A DNA stretch of 64,000 nt, taken from the NCBI GenBank assembly GCA_964187785.1, contig OZ076409.1:90956001-91020000 (forward strand), in the 5' to 3' direction. Both the position numbers and the translations under genes were made by a program. The notes beneath the pieces are model-generated. The model did not search any database. It was not told where the DNA came from and worked only from the letters and a program-made list of their open reading frames with translations. This DNA is from Amphiscolops sp. MND2022. Its lineage: Eukaryota. Within the stretch, counting starts at the first letter, position 1. The number at the start of each line of letters is the position of its first letter. This document shows positions 36,202 through 49,797 of the stretch, in pieces.

Positions 36202-39200
36202 TGAAGAATAGAGAAGTTGAGAATTGTTGATAAACAACTGTTGCCATTTTGAGTTTGTATTTACCTACAAACATTTAGTTCGATAACTAAAGTTTGACCT
36301 CATTAGAGTACGTTTCGATCTTGAGAAAACATTGTTATTTTACATACGTTTTGAATTGAGATATTCTCAGAGAATACAACATGGCGCAGTCAGCATTCTG
36401 AAATATCAGAAGAAAACTACAATACAATGGAAGACGAACCAAATAACTCCATGGGAGAAACGAGCAGCCGCTCGCTACTAAACAATACCACTGCACGATC
36501 GGTTGAACGGACGACTACCCTGAAGTTACCCATACCGATCTTGGAAAAAAATGACCACACCAGTGCAAAGCTCTGGTGGAGGAAATTTACCCAATATATA
36601 AAAATGACTCGCGAATTGGACCTATCAAAGATGACAAACTCCAAAGAAGTATTGCCACAATATAGGGACCAATTAGAAGAGGAAATAAAAGATGTCTTCA
36701 TCTGGGCAATCGGACAGTCAGCACTAACAGAAATGACAAAGACGGTAAGAGAAAGAGAACCAACCTCTTTACCATTGTACCGTCTATATGCACTGTTCAG
36801 ATTACATTTTATACCCGAACGGAACAAACACCATAGCAGGGCCGACTTCTTCAATCTAAAAAGAGAACCGGGAGAATCGGCAGCCGAAACCTGGAAACGA
36901 ATTCTGGAAATAGAAAAAAATTGCGAATTCGAAGAAATAACAGCAGCAGAATTATTGGCCTCAAAATTCCTCTCAGTCATTGGAAAAACAACTGGAGACA
37001 ACGATCTAAAAAAGAAAATCAAAAAAGGAGATATGTCGGTGGAAGCCATTACCGACACAATCCACGAATACATGTACGAAAAAATGAACGAATCACGAGA
37101 CTCAGAAGAAGAAACAAAAATTAAACACGTAGAGAGAAAAAGAAACTACCAAAAACTGGAAAAAGAGAAACCGAACAAATTCAGAAAAGTTGACTGTATT
37201 AGATGCGGCGCACCAAACTGGAGCAAATCCCACGACTGCCCGGCAAAAACAAAGAAATGCCTAAACTGTGGAAAAATCGGTCACTACGCGAAATTGTGTA
37301 GAACTAAACAAAAGACAGACCGAAGAATAAAACACATTCAACCGGAATCGGAAGCATCCAGCGCAGAAGAAGATGAATGGTCACCAAACAGAATACACCT
37401 CATCACAAGAATGGTCCATTCAACAAAACAAAACACCAAAGACGGACAACCATTCTTCACCATGACGGCATTGGTTAATAACCGACCAATCAAATTCATA
37501 ATTGATAGCGGATCACCGGTCACACTGGTACCAAAACAATTATTCAACCATATAACACCCATACATTCTCTACACACGGAGTATAGAGACGTCAACAACA
37601 ATAAAATAAAGTTCGAAGGAAAAACAACGGCAAAAGTAGAGATCAACGGAGAAACAAAAAACCTGGAATTACTGATAACAACAAAAAGAACAAACCCACT
37701 TCTTGGACTGGACTGGATGAATCAATTGGGAATCAAATTGAATACAGAAAAGTCTAACCTGAAAATACAAAATATCCAAGAAAATCCGGACGTAACTGAG
37801 TTGAAGAAAAAATTCGATAACCTGTTCCACGAAAATAAAACAATAAAGGGAATAGAGGTAGATATTCAACTAAAACCGGATGCAAAACTGATACAACAGA
37901 AAGGCCGACCAATACCGATACACTTACAACCAGCGGTCGGTAAAGAAATAGAAAAATTGAAGAAAAATGGGCACATAGAAAGAGCAACCGACATAGATGA
38001 AAACTGCTTTGTAAGCCCAGCAGTAATCACCGTTAAGAAAGATAAAACGGTCAAAATCGCTCTAGACTCACGGAAATTAAACGAAATAACCGTGAAAAGA
38101 AAGGCACAAATGCCGAATATGGAGGAGTTGATATCTCGAATATCAAGAAAAATAGCAGACGGAGAAACTGATATAATCTGGATATCAAAACTGGACCTGG
38201 ATTACGCCTATGGCCAATTGCAGCTATCAAAATTAGCAAAGGATTTGTGTATATTCGCAATAACCGGAGGCAACTTCACCGGATATTACAGATTCCTAAA
38301 GGGTTTCTACGGATTGGCGGACATCCCGACCATTTTTCAAGAAAAGATCGACCAAACACTGGAGAACAAACACCCGGCGTGGCTAGATGACATATTAATC
38401 GTCACAAAAGGGACAAAAGAACAACACAAACGTGAGTTACCTGAAGTATTAACTAAACTAGAAAACGCAGGTTACAGACTCAGTGAAAACAAATCAGAAT
38501 TTTTCAAATCTGAAATAGAATGGGTGGGTCATAAAATTGATCAAAACGGTATTAGACCGTTACAAGATAAACTAAAAGCAATACAAGAACTGAAAGAACC
38601 AAAATCGAAAAGGAATTAAAATCCTTTTTAGGCGCGATTCAGTATTTGTCAAAATACATTGAAAATTTGTCAGCACAAACGGACCTACTGAGACAGCTAC
38701 TGAAAAAGAAAAACAATTGGAACTGGACAACGGAACATTCCGAAGCATTTAACCAGTTAAAACGCAAAATCACGGAAATACCGTGTCTTGCTCACTATAG
38801 CTCCATTCGACCGAACACCATAACAACAGATGCCAGTACAAAAGGCCTAGGCGCAACTCTTTGGCAAGAACAAGAAAATGGAGATTTAAAACCGATAGCA
38901 TTCGCAAGCAGATTTCTATCGGACACGGAAAAAAATACGCAATAAACGAGTTGGAATTATTAGCGGTTGTTTGGGGTTTAGAACACTTCCGCCTTTACAT
39001 CTACGGAAAACCCGTCAAACTCCTGACGGACCACCAAGCCCTTGAACCGTTAATAAAACGCAACCGCTCTAATAAAACATATAGCGCGCGGCTAACACGC
39101 TGGTTGGACCGATTAGCACACTTTACGATAAATGTAAACCATATTGCCGGAAAACATCTAGCGCTTACCGATTACTTGAGTAGAAATCCAATCGCACCGG

Positions 39201-42146
39201 CGCAAAGCGATGACGTATACGAAGAAGAATACGTCATTAACAGCATAGCACCGCACTACGGATTCGTTTCTAAACTCGGTTGCCTTAGCAACCATTTCAA
39301 CCAATCACAATCGGCGAATAGCATAGCAAACTCGACAAAAGCAAACAAACACCGGTCATCGAACAACACGCGTGAACAAACCGCCATTCATAGCCTCATT
39401 AACACTCCAAACAGTAACGTCAATTCACCGATAATGGACGCCAAAACTATTGACAATCTTGAAAGAATCGATTCGTCCCAAGAAACCATCAATTTAATTG
39501 AACGATGGCGAAACATCGTAAAGCCGGGAATCTACCGACTATCAAACGGCAAATGGAAGAAATACCATGAGCCAAAATTCCTCCGCGGAGAGAGAAAAAT
39601 AATTGAAGAAAGACTTACCGAAATTATAAATCGACTGGAAAGCCCTGCCATAGAAGTTACAAACCCGCAAAATCAGACGAATTACTTCCCGGACTGGCGA
39701 TTCAGAGAAACCAGAAATTTACAAGGAGGATTTATCCCACAGGATTACCAGAGCTCATCACAAGAACACCCGACAACAAGCCAAACACCGGACGAGACAC
39801 CGATGGAAGAGGGAGAGATTTCCAGTGACTCGGAAATGGCACCGTCGGTACTGGAAGTACCCACAATCAATTGGGCGAACTACCTCGGAGTAAAAAGCGT
39901 CCAATATATTAAAATGGGACACGCCCCGAGGATACAAGCTCTGGAACCAAATAACTGGGACCATGAAAACACCGTCAGGGAGACCGAAAAAGAATTTGCT
40001 ACGGATCTCCAATTATTAGTGACGGAGACAACAAACGACCCAAAATTATTGAAAACCCTCGTGTGCCTGGAAAGAAAACAGTACGATAACATTCCAGAGG
40101 AATACAACCAATACAAACGAAAATTATCCACGAGATATGGATTGGTATTCTTTGAAGAAAGAATAATTGTCCCCACAAATTTGCGAACAACGGTCATCAC
40201 ACTGCTTCACAAAGGCCATCCCGCCATCAACAAGATGACAATGGCGGCAAAACACTTCTGGTGGCCGAAACTATCCGAAGCAATACAAAGAAAGTGCGAC
40301 AGCTGTATACCGTGCAAACTTTCCGGTAAGAATCTTAAACCAAATATACCTAAAACGGAACAAAACTGTTTACCACCATTAAGCGCACCAAACGAAGAAA
40401 TCCAATTGGATTTCATTGGACCAATCACGGAAGAGAACCGAAAATTTTATATCTTACTCTCCATGGACCGGTTTAGCAAATGGCCGGCAGCCAGTCTTTG
40501 CAAATCAACAGACGGAAAAACGGCGGTAACTTTTCTTCAACAATACATCCAATTAAACGGAATACCTAAAACGATTAGAACCGATAAAGCGTCAGCGTTC
40601 ACAGGTCACTGTTTTAGAGAATTCTGTAAAAAGAATTTCATCTCACTGATATACGGGACACCGTATATACATACTCCCACTGGCCTAGTGGAACGGGGGG
40701 TGAGAACACTAAAAGAAAACTTACTAACCAACATAAAAGCGGGTGAACCGTTCGGAAAAGCACTCGATCTGGCTTTAGGAGTAATGCGGACAACCCCACA
40801 CACTAGACTTAGAAAATCAGCATTCGAATTACACTTCGGTACAGAACCAAACACGGAGCTGAGTAATATGCTAAAATTGAAAGAAATTAAAAAGTTAACC
40901 AATAACCATTCCATTTCAGCAAAACCAGAAACCCTACAGGTTTACACGTTCAGTGGAGAAGGCGGTAGTTCCGACCATCTACCCATGAAACAAAAGAGAA
41001 AGTCAACCAAAACGGTTAGTAAATACCCGTTTCAATTCTTTGAACGGAAAAACACAAAATCAAAATTTGAAAGTCCCTACTCCGATCAATTACAAACAGC
41101 GGTTAAGGGAACTAACCATACCATAACTACAGCTGAAAATAAAATTATTCACCGAAAACTGATTAGTAAACCAATTACACCATTTGAACAGGAAAACTCC
41201 AACAGAGGAACCGGACCAAGAGGACCGGACGGAAGATTTGCCCGCAAAGAAGACAAGCCACCAACAACTCCAGAGCTATCCCAATCACAAGAAGAGCAAT
41301 TGGACACTAGCCCGGAAACACCGAACATCCGAAAAAGCGGAACATTCGGTAGAGGAAAACCAAGGTTCATCAGAAACCGGGAAACATCAACCTCACCCGA
41401 AAAACAACCAGGAAGAAACAACAACAAACCAATGGGACCACTCACAATTAACGCAGAACAAATGTCGGAATCCGACATAGATCAGGTCATCAAGGACACT
41501 CAGCAATCAGGACAAGACCTACACATGAAAGACATAAACGGTAAGGTATTTAATACTATAGATTCAGATCTAGAATTAGCTAGTAATCTTAGCTCTAGTA
41601 CTGAAATAGATAAAGAACTAGAAAACACACAAGAAACTAACCTACGCCGGTCAAAACGTCTGACGAAAACAAACCCAATCATTAGATTAAATAATCCAGT
41701 TAATCAATCTGATTACAGGAAACACCGCAAAACGACTAAACCTGTCACCACTACTGGAGACAACAGAAGAAATGCTCGAGCGGGAAGACATGGACAACCA
41801 GTAGACCGTTCACAACCACAAATGTTCCAGTCAACGGAAAGCAACCATGCCAATCACGGACATCCGGATCCTAAACCAAGACGTGGACGGCATACCGACC
41901 ATAACACCAATCTGGACGGCAACGGAAATCAAACGGATAATTCCCATCCAATTACAGAGGGGGAAATGAAGAATAGAGAAGTTGAGATTTGTTGATAAAC
42001 AACTGTTGCCATTTTGAGTTTGTATTTACCTACAAACATTTAGTTCGATAACTAAAGTTTGACCTCATTAGAGTACGTTTCGATCTTGAGAAAACATTGT
42101 TATTTTACATACGTTTTGAATTGAGATATTCTCAGAGAATACAACA
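36202..42146 (+). mobile_element. Full-length, young Ty3/Gypsy LTR retrotransposon (Mag-like organisation)
   Basis: 180-bp TG...CA LTRs at 36202-36381 and 41967-42146 with one mismatch seen; PBS TGGCGCAGTC at 36382, resembling a tRNA-Ser 3' end; PPT AGAGGGGGAAA at 41956-41966; domain order PR-RT-RH-IN. Confidence 0.97.
36427..41995 (+). CDS. Gag-Pol polyprotein, broken by two single-base frameshifts (about 38604 and 38932)
   Basis: Zn knuckles CIRCG..HDC and CLNCGKIGHYAKLC; protease IDSGS; RT LDLDYAY and WLDD; RNase H TDAS, ELELLA, TDH, DYLSR; integrase HKGH..CDSC with D-D-E core (LDFIGP, RTDKASAF, VER). Confidence 0.92.
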
Positions 42147-45100
42147 TTTCATTTTTTGTTGAGAGAATTTAGACTTCTCTCGGATTTTGAGTTGTTGAGC
42201 TTTCTTTTTTCCTTTTTTTTACAATTTGCTAGCCGAAAGTCCGCCCTAGATTTTTTGATACTTTTCTTCATGAATGTAAGGTTTTTACAAGAGAAGGGGA
42301 TCTATGATAATTCGTTAGAAAAGTGCCGACTATTACACATGCGCCCTTTTTATCTCGCGACAACATCTTCACACTGATTTTGAGATTTGAGCTTGTTAAC
42401 GGAACACCAAAATCACGATCTGAGAGGTTCAAGACCATTGCATACGCAATATTACTAGATTTACAATTCTGTGAAAAAGTAACAGGGCATCAAGCACACT
42501 TATATAAACTATGAGCAAACTCAAAAAAAGCTTTGTAAAAAGCTTGTATTCTTGACAGTTGTAAGTTTGCTTCAGTAATATACCATTTGACGAATAAAAA
42601 GCAGACTTCTAGCAATTACTTATGAGCAATTTGGAGTCAAATTTGCCATTATTAATTGATTGCGATGGTGATTAATATTCTGATGATCCTTACTAGGAAA
42701 CTAGTTGGCGTGTTTGGGTTTATGACAATTGCTAGACTTGTAACAAATAGCTATCAATTATTCCGACAAACATCAAATTTTCGTTTGCAATGATGATTCA
42801 ACAGTTATGTTTCCCAACTGCAGAGGCTTAATTGTCATCGAACTTCGGAAAGTAAAGAGATAAATCACAATTTGTGTAATTCAATTATTGATTTGATTAC
42901 TCAAATAGCCTAAAATCATGATAAGAAAACCAGGGTTTGCAGCTGTGACAAGAAACAATGGAACAAAGAAAAAACTGATGTGCAATTGAGGTTCACGTTA
43001 GCATGGTAACTTTAGAAAGCATAATTCTGTATCCTCATATATTAGAGGTTTATTGACAATTTTACAGTTATTTCGAATCATTTTGTCCGCTGTAAGTTCA
43101 GATTTCAATGAATGAAAATTAATTTTGAATTCGGAACGAAGCCACTTCCCGGTCTACCCGGATCCATTCATAGAACCATATGATAAACACAATTCCACGC
43201 ATGGAAGCATACGAATCCATGCATGGAAACGTATGGAACCATATGGTGCTTCGCATGGAATCATACAAACGTAATGTAATCTTTGGTAATCAAGATAATA
43301 TTTATGATAACGTAGTCAAAAGTCAAATATGAGCCTATAAATATCTTCGCCTCGAGAAAATTTTGTTTTTTTTTGTCATTTTGATAACATGAAGCTATAT
43401 TTTAATGGAAAGTGATGCTGATGGTCAAAAGAATCAACGATACGGCTTGGATTTAGGTATTCGCGGAACAAATGTTCATTCCATTTTTTTACGTATTTCA
43501 TGTCAACGTTAAAAAACCATTGCAATGGACTATTGTTTGGTGCGAAATTGCCTATTGAGAGTTCGATAAAGTTTGGATTGGTTTGAAAGTCTAGCACGCG
43601 AGTATGGGCTTGAACATGATTTTTAGTCCGCGATTTCGAAGAAAACGCAGACTCTAGTATTGGCTTTTTGTAAGACCAGCGAACTGACACATTCCTAATA
43701 ACGTTTCCATAACTTCAAATTCTATAAATTCTACATTACGCTATTCATATACTTCTTGGCCTACAGGTTGAAACGAGATTTCCCATTTTGAGCACTCCCC
43801 GCGAATCTTTACAGATCTGTACAGATACTGACAGATATTCCACGATTTGTCGAAAACTAACTAGTCGTAAATACAGTTTGGAAACTGAAATTAGTTGAAT
43901 AAAAAGTGCTATACGAGATAAACACGCCTCCTAATTGAAGTTTTGAAAAACGTTTCTGTGCGAATCTGCAGAGACTCTTACAGATTCAAAAAAAAACAAA
44001 TAAATTACCATAACGTAATGTTCCAAGCATGTTCCCACAATATTACAACAACAGGTGTCTAATTTTATCCGCGAAAACGAAGTCAAAATGTTAGAAGAGC
44101 CTCTCAAGATTCAACAACCACTTCTGGAAAGTTCAGGTGAAGTGAATAAATTACCGTGTATAACCAATACCGAACATTGTCACCCAAATTACCGTGATTG
44201 GGACAGGCTTTTCTGCTGGACAACTTTGACCGATGAAGAGTTTCAACTGTCTGAGCCTTGGTCAGCTTAATACTTGGTAAAGTAGTTGAAGAAGCCCAAA
44301 AAAGCAGGACATTGGTTTTCTAGAAGCTCCCGAAAAAAGTTTCCTAAAAATCTGTACGGAAAATTTTTGGACATCTGTAAAGGTCCTCGCAGATCTGCAC
44401 CTGGTCTGTCGAATCCATACCACGATCTTTACAGATCCTCCAAGGAATAAGGCTCATAGATCTGTAAAGGTTCTGAAGAAAAGCTCAACATGAATCTTTC
44501 GTGAGTTCCATTGCGTGCTTATGGGTTCGTATCCTACGTTGGAACGAAAGAATGCTTGATAGCAAAAAAAAGAGGGGAGACCAAAGGGTCCACCGTTGTG
44601 TTTTTTTCGTCACTGTGTAATTTTTTTGGAAAAAAATTATTTGTTCAAAGGGTATCCGTTTCACGTTATGAATATCTTCGGCTTGAAGAAAAACGTTCTG
44701 CGAGCCTAATGCTCCTTTTTCAACACTACGAGACGTTTTGAGCATTGAACGGGGCGCCGACTTGGGCTGTTCCCGGCTTGTTTTCTTTTGAATCTGGACT
44801 AAATTCATTATCTCAGAGACCAATTTCACGTAATATCCGCATCTTCTGATAATCTCAATAAGTGAACTCTTTCGATGTTTCCTATAGCAAATAAAAAAGT
44901 TTTCCAATCACAATGTGGCTTTTTTGAAAAAGGGTAGCCTGGAAACGGAACTCAAAGGCTGCCTACAAGCCGAATTCATCTATTAGCCGCTATTTCTCCT
45001 AAAAACTGACTCACAACGTTGAAAACCAAATTGGCGAAAAGTGATCCATCATTTAAACATTCAGTGCATCTTTCCTTTCAAATACCGTTTTCCCTCCCGA

Positions 45101-46024
45101 AATCGAAGTAGAGCGCTGTTCTACACAGGTTTTTGGGGTTTCTTATACTTGGAAACTTCAAACTTATAGAGGAATACACAGCACTTTTAGCTATTTTTGT
45201 GGCCAGATGGACACTTATTCGGATTGAGTTTTTGATTTTATTTCGATCTCAGTAGTATTTGTGCTTCCATTGACACAAAGTATCAAAAACCTCCGGCTAC
45301 ACTGGCGTGAAAACATTCCCATTAAACTACTGTCGCAGGCTGCCGCCTGTGACGGTACCCGAATAACTACCACAGCTCCTTGACAAGAAATAGTAACCGG
45401 CACGTTACTTATTCATTAAAACTAAACAAAATACTTTTATCTGATTTGTCTTATTTATTACGTTTTGGACATTCTTATTGCGTTATAGTATTAGTCTGTT
45501 AATGTTCACATTCAATGTTAGTAGAGGTGGTCAATGTAATGAGATTTGCAGTGATTAAATAGTCAATGCAGTTATAACAGTGTACAATCTAGCTACATTC
45601 TTAATTTTGTTGGCCGGATATGGCCCTTCGACGCGGAGACGTATTTGCTGTACAAAACAATAGGCAAATGGCCGATTCCGGCCATACTTGTACTGTAGTT
45701 GAATTATTTTAGTAGTGATGTTACTTTATGGTATAAAAGCCCTAATGTGCAACAATTCATTGAAATCCAGTAGATGCTAATGTTTGAATTGGAAACTAGT
45801 TAAACGGTCCAACACTGTCATTTCGGTACTTGAGCCAAATCCGGTCCTTAATATCAATAGGTTGATGTGTCAAATAGCCCATTCAGGCACTTTTAGAATA
45901 TTTTGTATTACATGTAATTCGTAGTTCAGTTGATATAGTGTAGCCTATTAAGTCACGCGTGCCAACCATGAATACTTATATTACCTACCAATACCTACCA
46001 ATACTGCTTATTGCAGCCACCATA

Positions 46025-46794
46025 TATCGTAAGATTTATTCTTGATAAGAAAATGTAAAAATGTGGGTGTCATCCTCTCACGGGTATATATATTTCGGTA
46101 TCTCGCCTGAGAGGAACACTTATTGAATGTGCATACTCTAATAAAGATACCTCTTACGAACGGTTTCACTGGTAAATTTTCCAATATCAAATATTTCAAG
46201 TGTTTGTGTTCGGATTTTCCAATGCCTGCTACAAGAAAACAGAAAAGGGCGAGAAAGTCAAGAGAACTAGAAATGCTCTCAGATATAGAAAACCTAGACA
46301 TAATGTTAGGTGAAAGACACTCCGAGAGAGAAGAAAGTGTAAATACCAATTCAGCTAGAAAGCCAGAAAGCGCCAATAGCAATATGTTTGAAATCAATGA
46401 AGAAAACCTGTACTTGAATCATAAAGAAATGAGACTTGGTAATGATGCCGATCCCGGACAAAATTCTACATGTGCTAACTCAAATGCCGAGGTCAACAAG
46501 TTGTCAAGTGAGTTAAACTCAAGATTATCTAGAGAAATGGATGAGATGTTGAATAGTGTTAATACTCTGATCCAGATGGCAATTAATGATGCAATAAGCA
46601 ATCAGATATTGCCTCAGATACAAAATGCCCTGAAGGCCGGATCGGGACATATGACACAAAATAGATGAAACGATCCGGCTGAGAGACCGGAGATTAATCC
46701 GAAGATTACCACAGTGAGAAAATTAAAAACAACTCAAGAGGTGAGCCAATCCGTGACCGTCTTATTGACAATCACACAGACCAAGCTTACGACA
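46025..46794 (+). mobile_element. Probable solo LTR containing an ORF
   Basis: Ends tatcgtaag...cttacgaca are inverted (TG...CA type, with TG mutated to TA). No convincing TSD. Confidence 0.45.
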
Positions 46795-49744
46795 ATTACA
46801 AAGCTGCCCAAGTTCCTCCATAGAACTATACATGTTAAATCATCGGAATAACGTCTCAATTCACCTAGGTGTATTTCACTCAATAACTCTGTGAATAAAA
46901 TATAAAACTACATTAGAAATATTTAAAACTACTGGGACATGATCAAACATCACTAGGAATAAGATCTAAAATGACAAGGAAATTATTGCATAAAATCAAT
47001 AGGACTAAGATCTGAAACTACTAAAATTAGCACTTAAACCAATGGAATATGTTTTGGAAGCACTTGGAAACTTTCCAAGTCACTTGAATTTGATTCACAA
47101 ACACTAAAACAAATTAAGGTTTATCAGCAGATTTAAGTTGGAGAGGATTGTTTTATGGAACGTTTAGTGATTCTTCAATCATAAGACGCATAGTGGTTGA
47201 AAACGATTTTTATTTTAGCGAAAAACAATTTGAATTGCGTAAAAAGAACAGCACCGCTTAATCGTTGGGAAAAATCCACGATTTCTTGAAACCCATCTAT
47301 CTTCCGAAAAAGTGAAGCAATGTCGTACAAAATATGGTGATGACAAATAAAGTTCTGCAGAGCGATTACAAACCACAATTCAGTTCAAATTCATGTCAAA
47401 TACACATCACCTTAAACGAACCTTAATATTGTGACGCGTTTTGATCACGAATGCGCATATTTCATTACAAGATGTTCTCATTTTCTCACGAAACAGATCA
47501 ACACACTCTGAATAGGTCAGAAATCACTAAGAATTTAACGTCACCGTGAAAAAGATATGAAAGCACTGGAATGGGATCTAAAATCGTTAGATCAGAAATG
47601 TTATTGGAGAATTTGGTTACCTTGGTGTTTTTAACTTGATTGTTTTCGGCACTGTGAGACTTTTTTCCGAAAAAAATTTGGCGTTTTCTTACAACATACA
47701 TAGCATCTAACACGTACATAAATTACGATAAAACGTTTTCGAATTTCGGATGTAACGTTTTCATTTCTCGTATAACGTTATCGTTTTTCACCAAATTTCA
47801 CATAATTTGCGTTCAATGTAAAGCTTTAGGGACAGGTTTTCAGTACTATAGGACTTTTTTGGATTTTCGAAATGTCTTTATTCAACGAGTGATATTAAAA
47901 CCACGTTCCCCGGGTACATTTTTGTGCCTTGAGTGGGGAGCCGACTTTGGCCGGTCCCGGCTAGTTAGAATCTTTTGAACTACAGTCTCCCAAGTAAGCT
48001 TGGGGTCTCTTCTTTAAGATGTGCGAATTGGGTGGAATCCTGTTTATCATAAGAGTATTTTGGAGCTGTAGTTCATAAGATCTGCTTTTATATGCGTTAT
48101 TTTTACGTATACAGATAGCGTAATTTACAACTTGCATCACGTTTTTTTTACGTTTCATGGGGAAGAGCGATCCCCAGCTCAATTTGCTAAAACTGAAAAA
48201 TTGAACTCGAGTCACTCGAGTCCTACGATAGGATTTGCACATTTTGCTTCCAAAACACGCCCCTTAATCATGAGGTAAATTAGACCACTCAGCTCACTCG
48301 CTAAAACTTGAAACACTGAAATGAACAATGTTTTCAGCCAGTTCGTAGTGTCTTGAAAAATCACTCGTATAAGTTTATTTTCCTATGTAGTGTATGGAAG
48401 TGTTTGGATACCAGACAATTTTACTCTTCTGTTGTTCCCTGGTAAACCAGTCAACGTTTCGGGTGATGTGCGGGCAACTTGACGCGTCTCGTCTTGTGCT
48501 CGGAGTCGGAGTTCTTAGAATAAAAGGGCAGGACTATCATAGTTTTGTTTTGTTTTTGTTTTGTTTTTCTTTAAGCAGGCGCGAATGCGAACATTTTTTT
48601 GTTCAGTTTGTTCAACTAAACGAAATCCTCGGAAACGCATCTAAGTTAGTGCAAAGAGTCTCCCCCCTTTCATTTTTTCCTTCTTAACGTAACACAAAAT
48701 TGGACGAGACTAAAGGGTCACCATGATTTGATTTTTTTCGGCTTTGTGAGTCTTTTTTGAAAAATTTTTGATCTCTCCATGGGGTTCCTTTTTTCAGTTT
48801 TTAATACTTTGCAACAAAGTGGATGTCAAAAAAGCCCAAAGGTTACACCTTTTACATTTTTCATCATTGTGAGATTTTTCGAAATGATTAGATTTTCCCA
48901 GTATTTGTCCCCCTATAGTTTTTTCAATGATTTAGCTGTTCATACTTTTTTATTCACCATTTATGTTCATTGCATAGTACGTTTTCTCCATTTCTTTCCT
49001 GCATCCTGTATTCACAAAGGTATCGATAACTGACTGATTTACCTTCGATTGTTGATTCATTTTTATTGTTTCAGTAGTTTTCAGCAGAAGTTTTCTTTTG
49101 GAAACCAACATTTTCATTTTTCAAGAAAATTTATGATGGTAATATATGGACGGAAAACGTTCAATATTTGCGTGTATCAGCAGTTTTTCAAATTTGACTT
49201 CTACACCCAATGCGAAAACAGAATGGTTGTTTCTGGTTTTAAACGTCTTTTTATTCACGAGACAATCAATATAGTTCTTAATCGACTATCAAACGCTGTC
49301 TCAAAATTTTAGCCAAAAGATGTTTTCTCGAATTTGTTTATTATGCGCCCGCTGAGCGCCGGGAAAGTTTCCACCATGGAGTAGTTTACGAACAACCTAT
49401 TTCCAAGTCTCTAGCGTAGCCAATAAATGTAATCTAACGAAAAGGTTCGAAAATTGTTTATTTAGTAAACAAGCTAATCATTTTGTAGTTGAACTCTGTG
49501 GGTATTCCTGGAAACGGAATTATTCAAAATTCTACAAAACTTGCATAAAAGCATCAAAACTTGAATCGTCGTGACATGTTTGGGGCATATGTTAGGACCT
49601 TCATTTTAGGCACTTTTATTCGAAAAAAGTTTTGATATCTCCGTAAGTACATATAAGCTTATAAACATTTGCATTTATTTTACGAACGTAATTTTTTCGT
49701 TGTTGAATTCGGTGGAAGAACTTCTACCATTCGAGTAGAGTCAC

Positions 49745-49797
49745 TTTGTAAAACTTAGTCCTACTCCTACGGTAGGAGTAGGACTAAGTTTTACAAA
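49745..49797. repeat. Perfect palindrome, 26-bp arms, 1-nt spacer
   Basis: tttgtaaaacttagtcctactcctac-g-gtaggagtaggactaagttttacaaa. Confidence 0.97.

Noticed and set aside
36014..36211. Duplicated small gene (ORFs 36014 and 42156 share a peptide)
   Set aside because: Only a consequence of the 158-bp flanking duplication; T-rich, non-coding composition.
38600..38940. Programmed ribosomal frameshifting
   Set aside because: The shifts lie within the RT-RNase H region rather than at the gag-pol junction; mutation or sequencing error is simpler.
36417..41682. Antisense and alternate-frame ORFs over the Gypsy element, and similar ones over the ClC and FGFR exons
   Set aside because: Shadow ORFs from codon bias on the coding strand, with no recognisable motifs.
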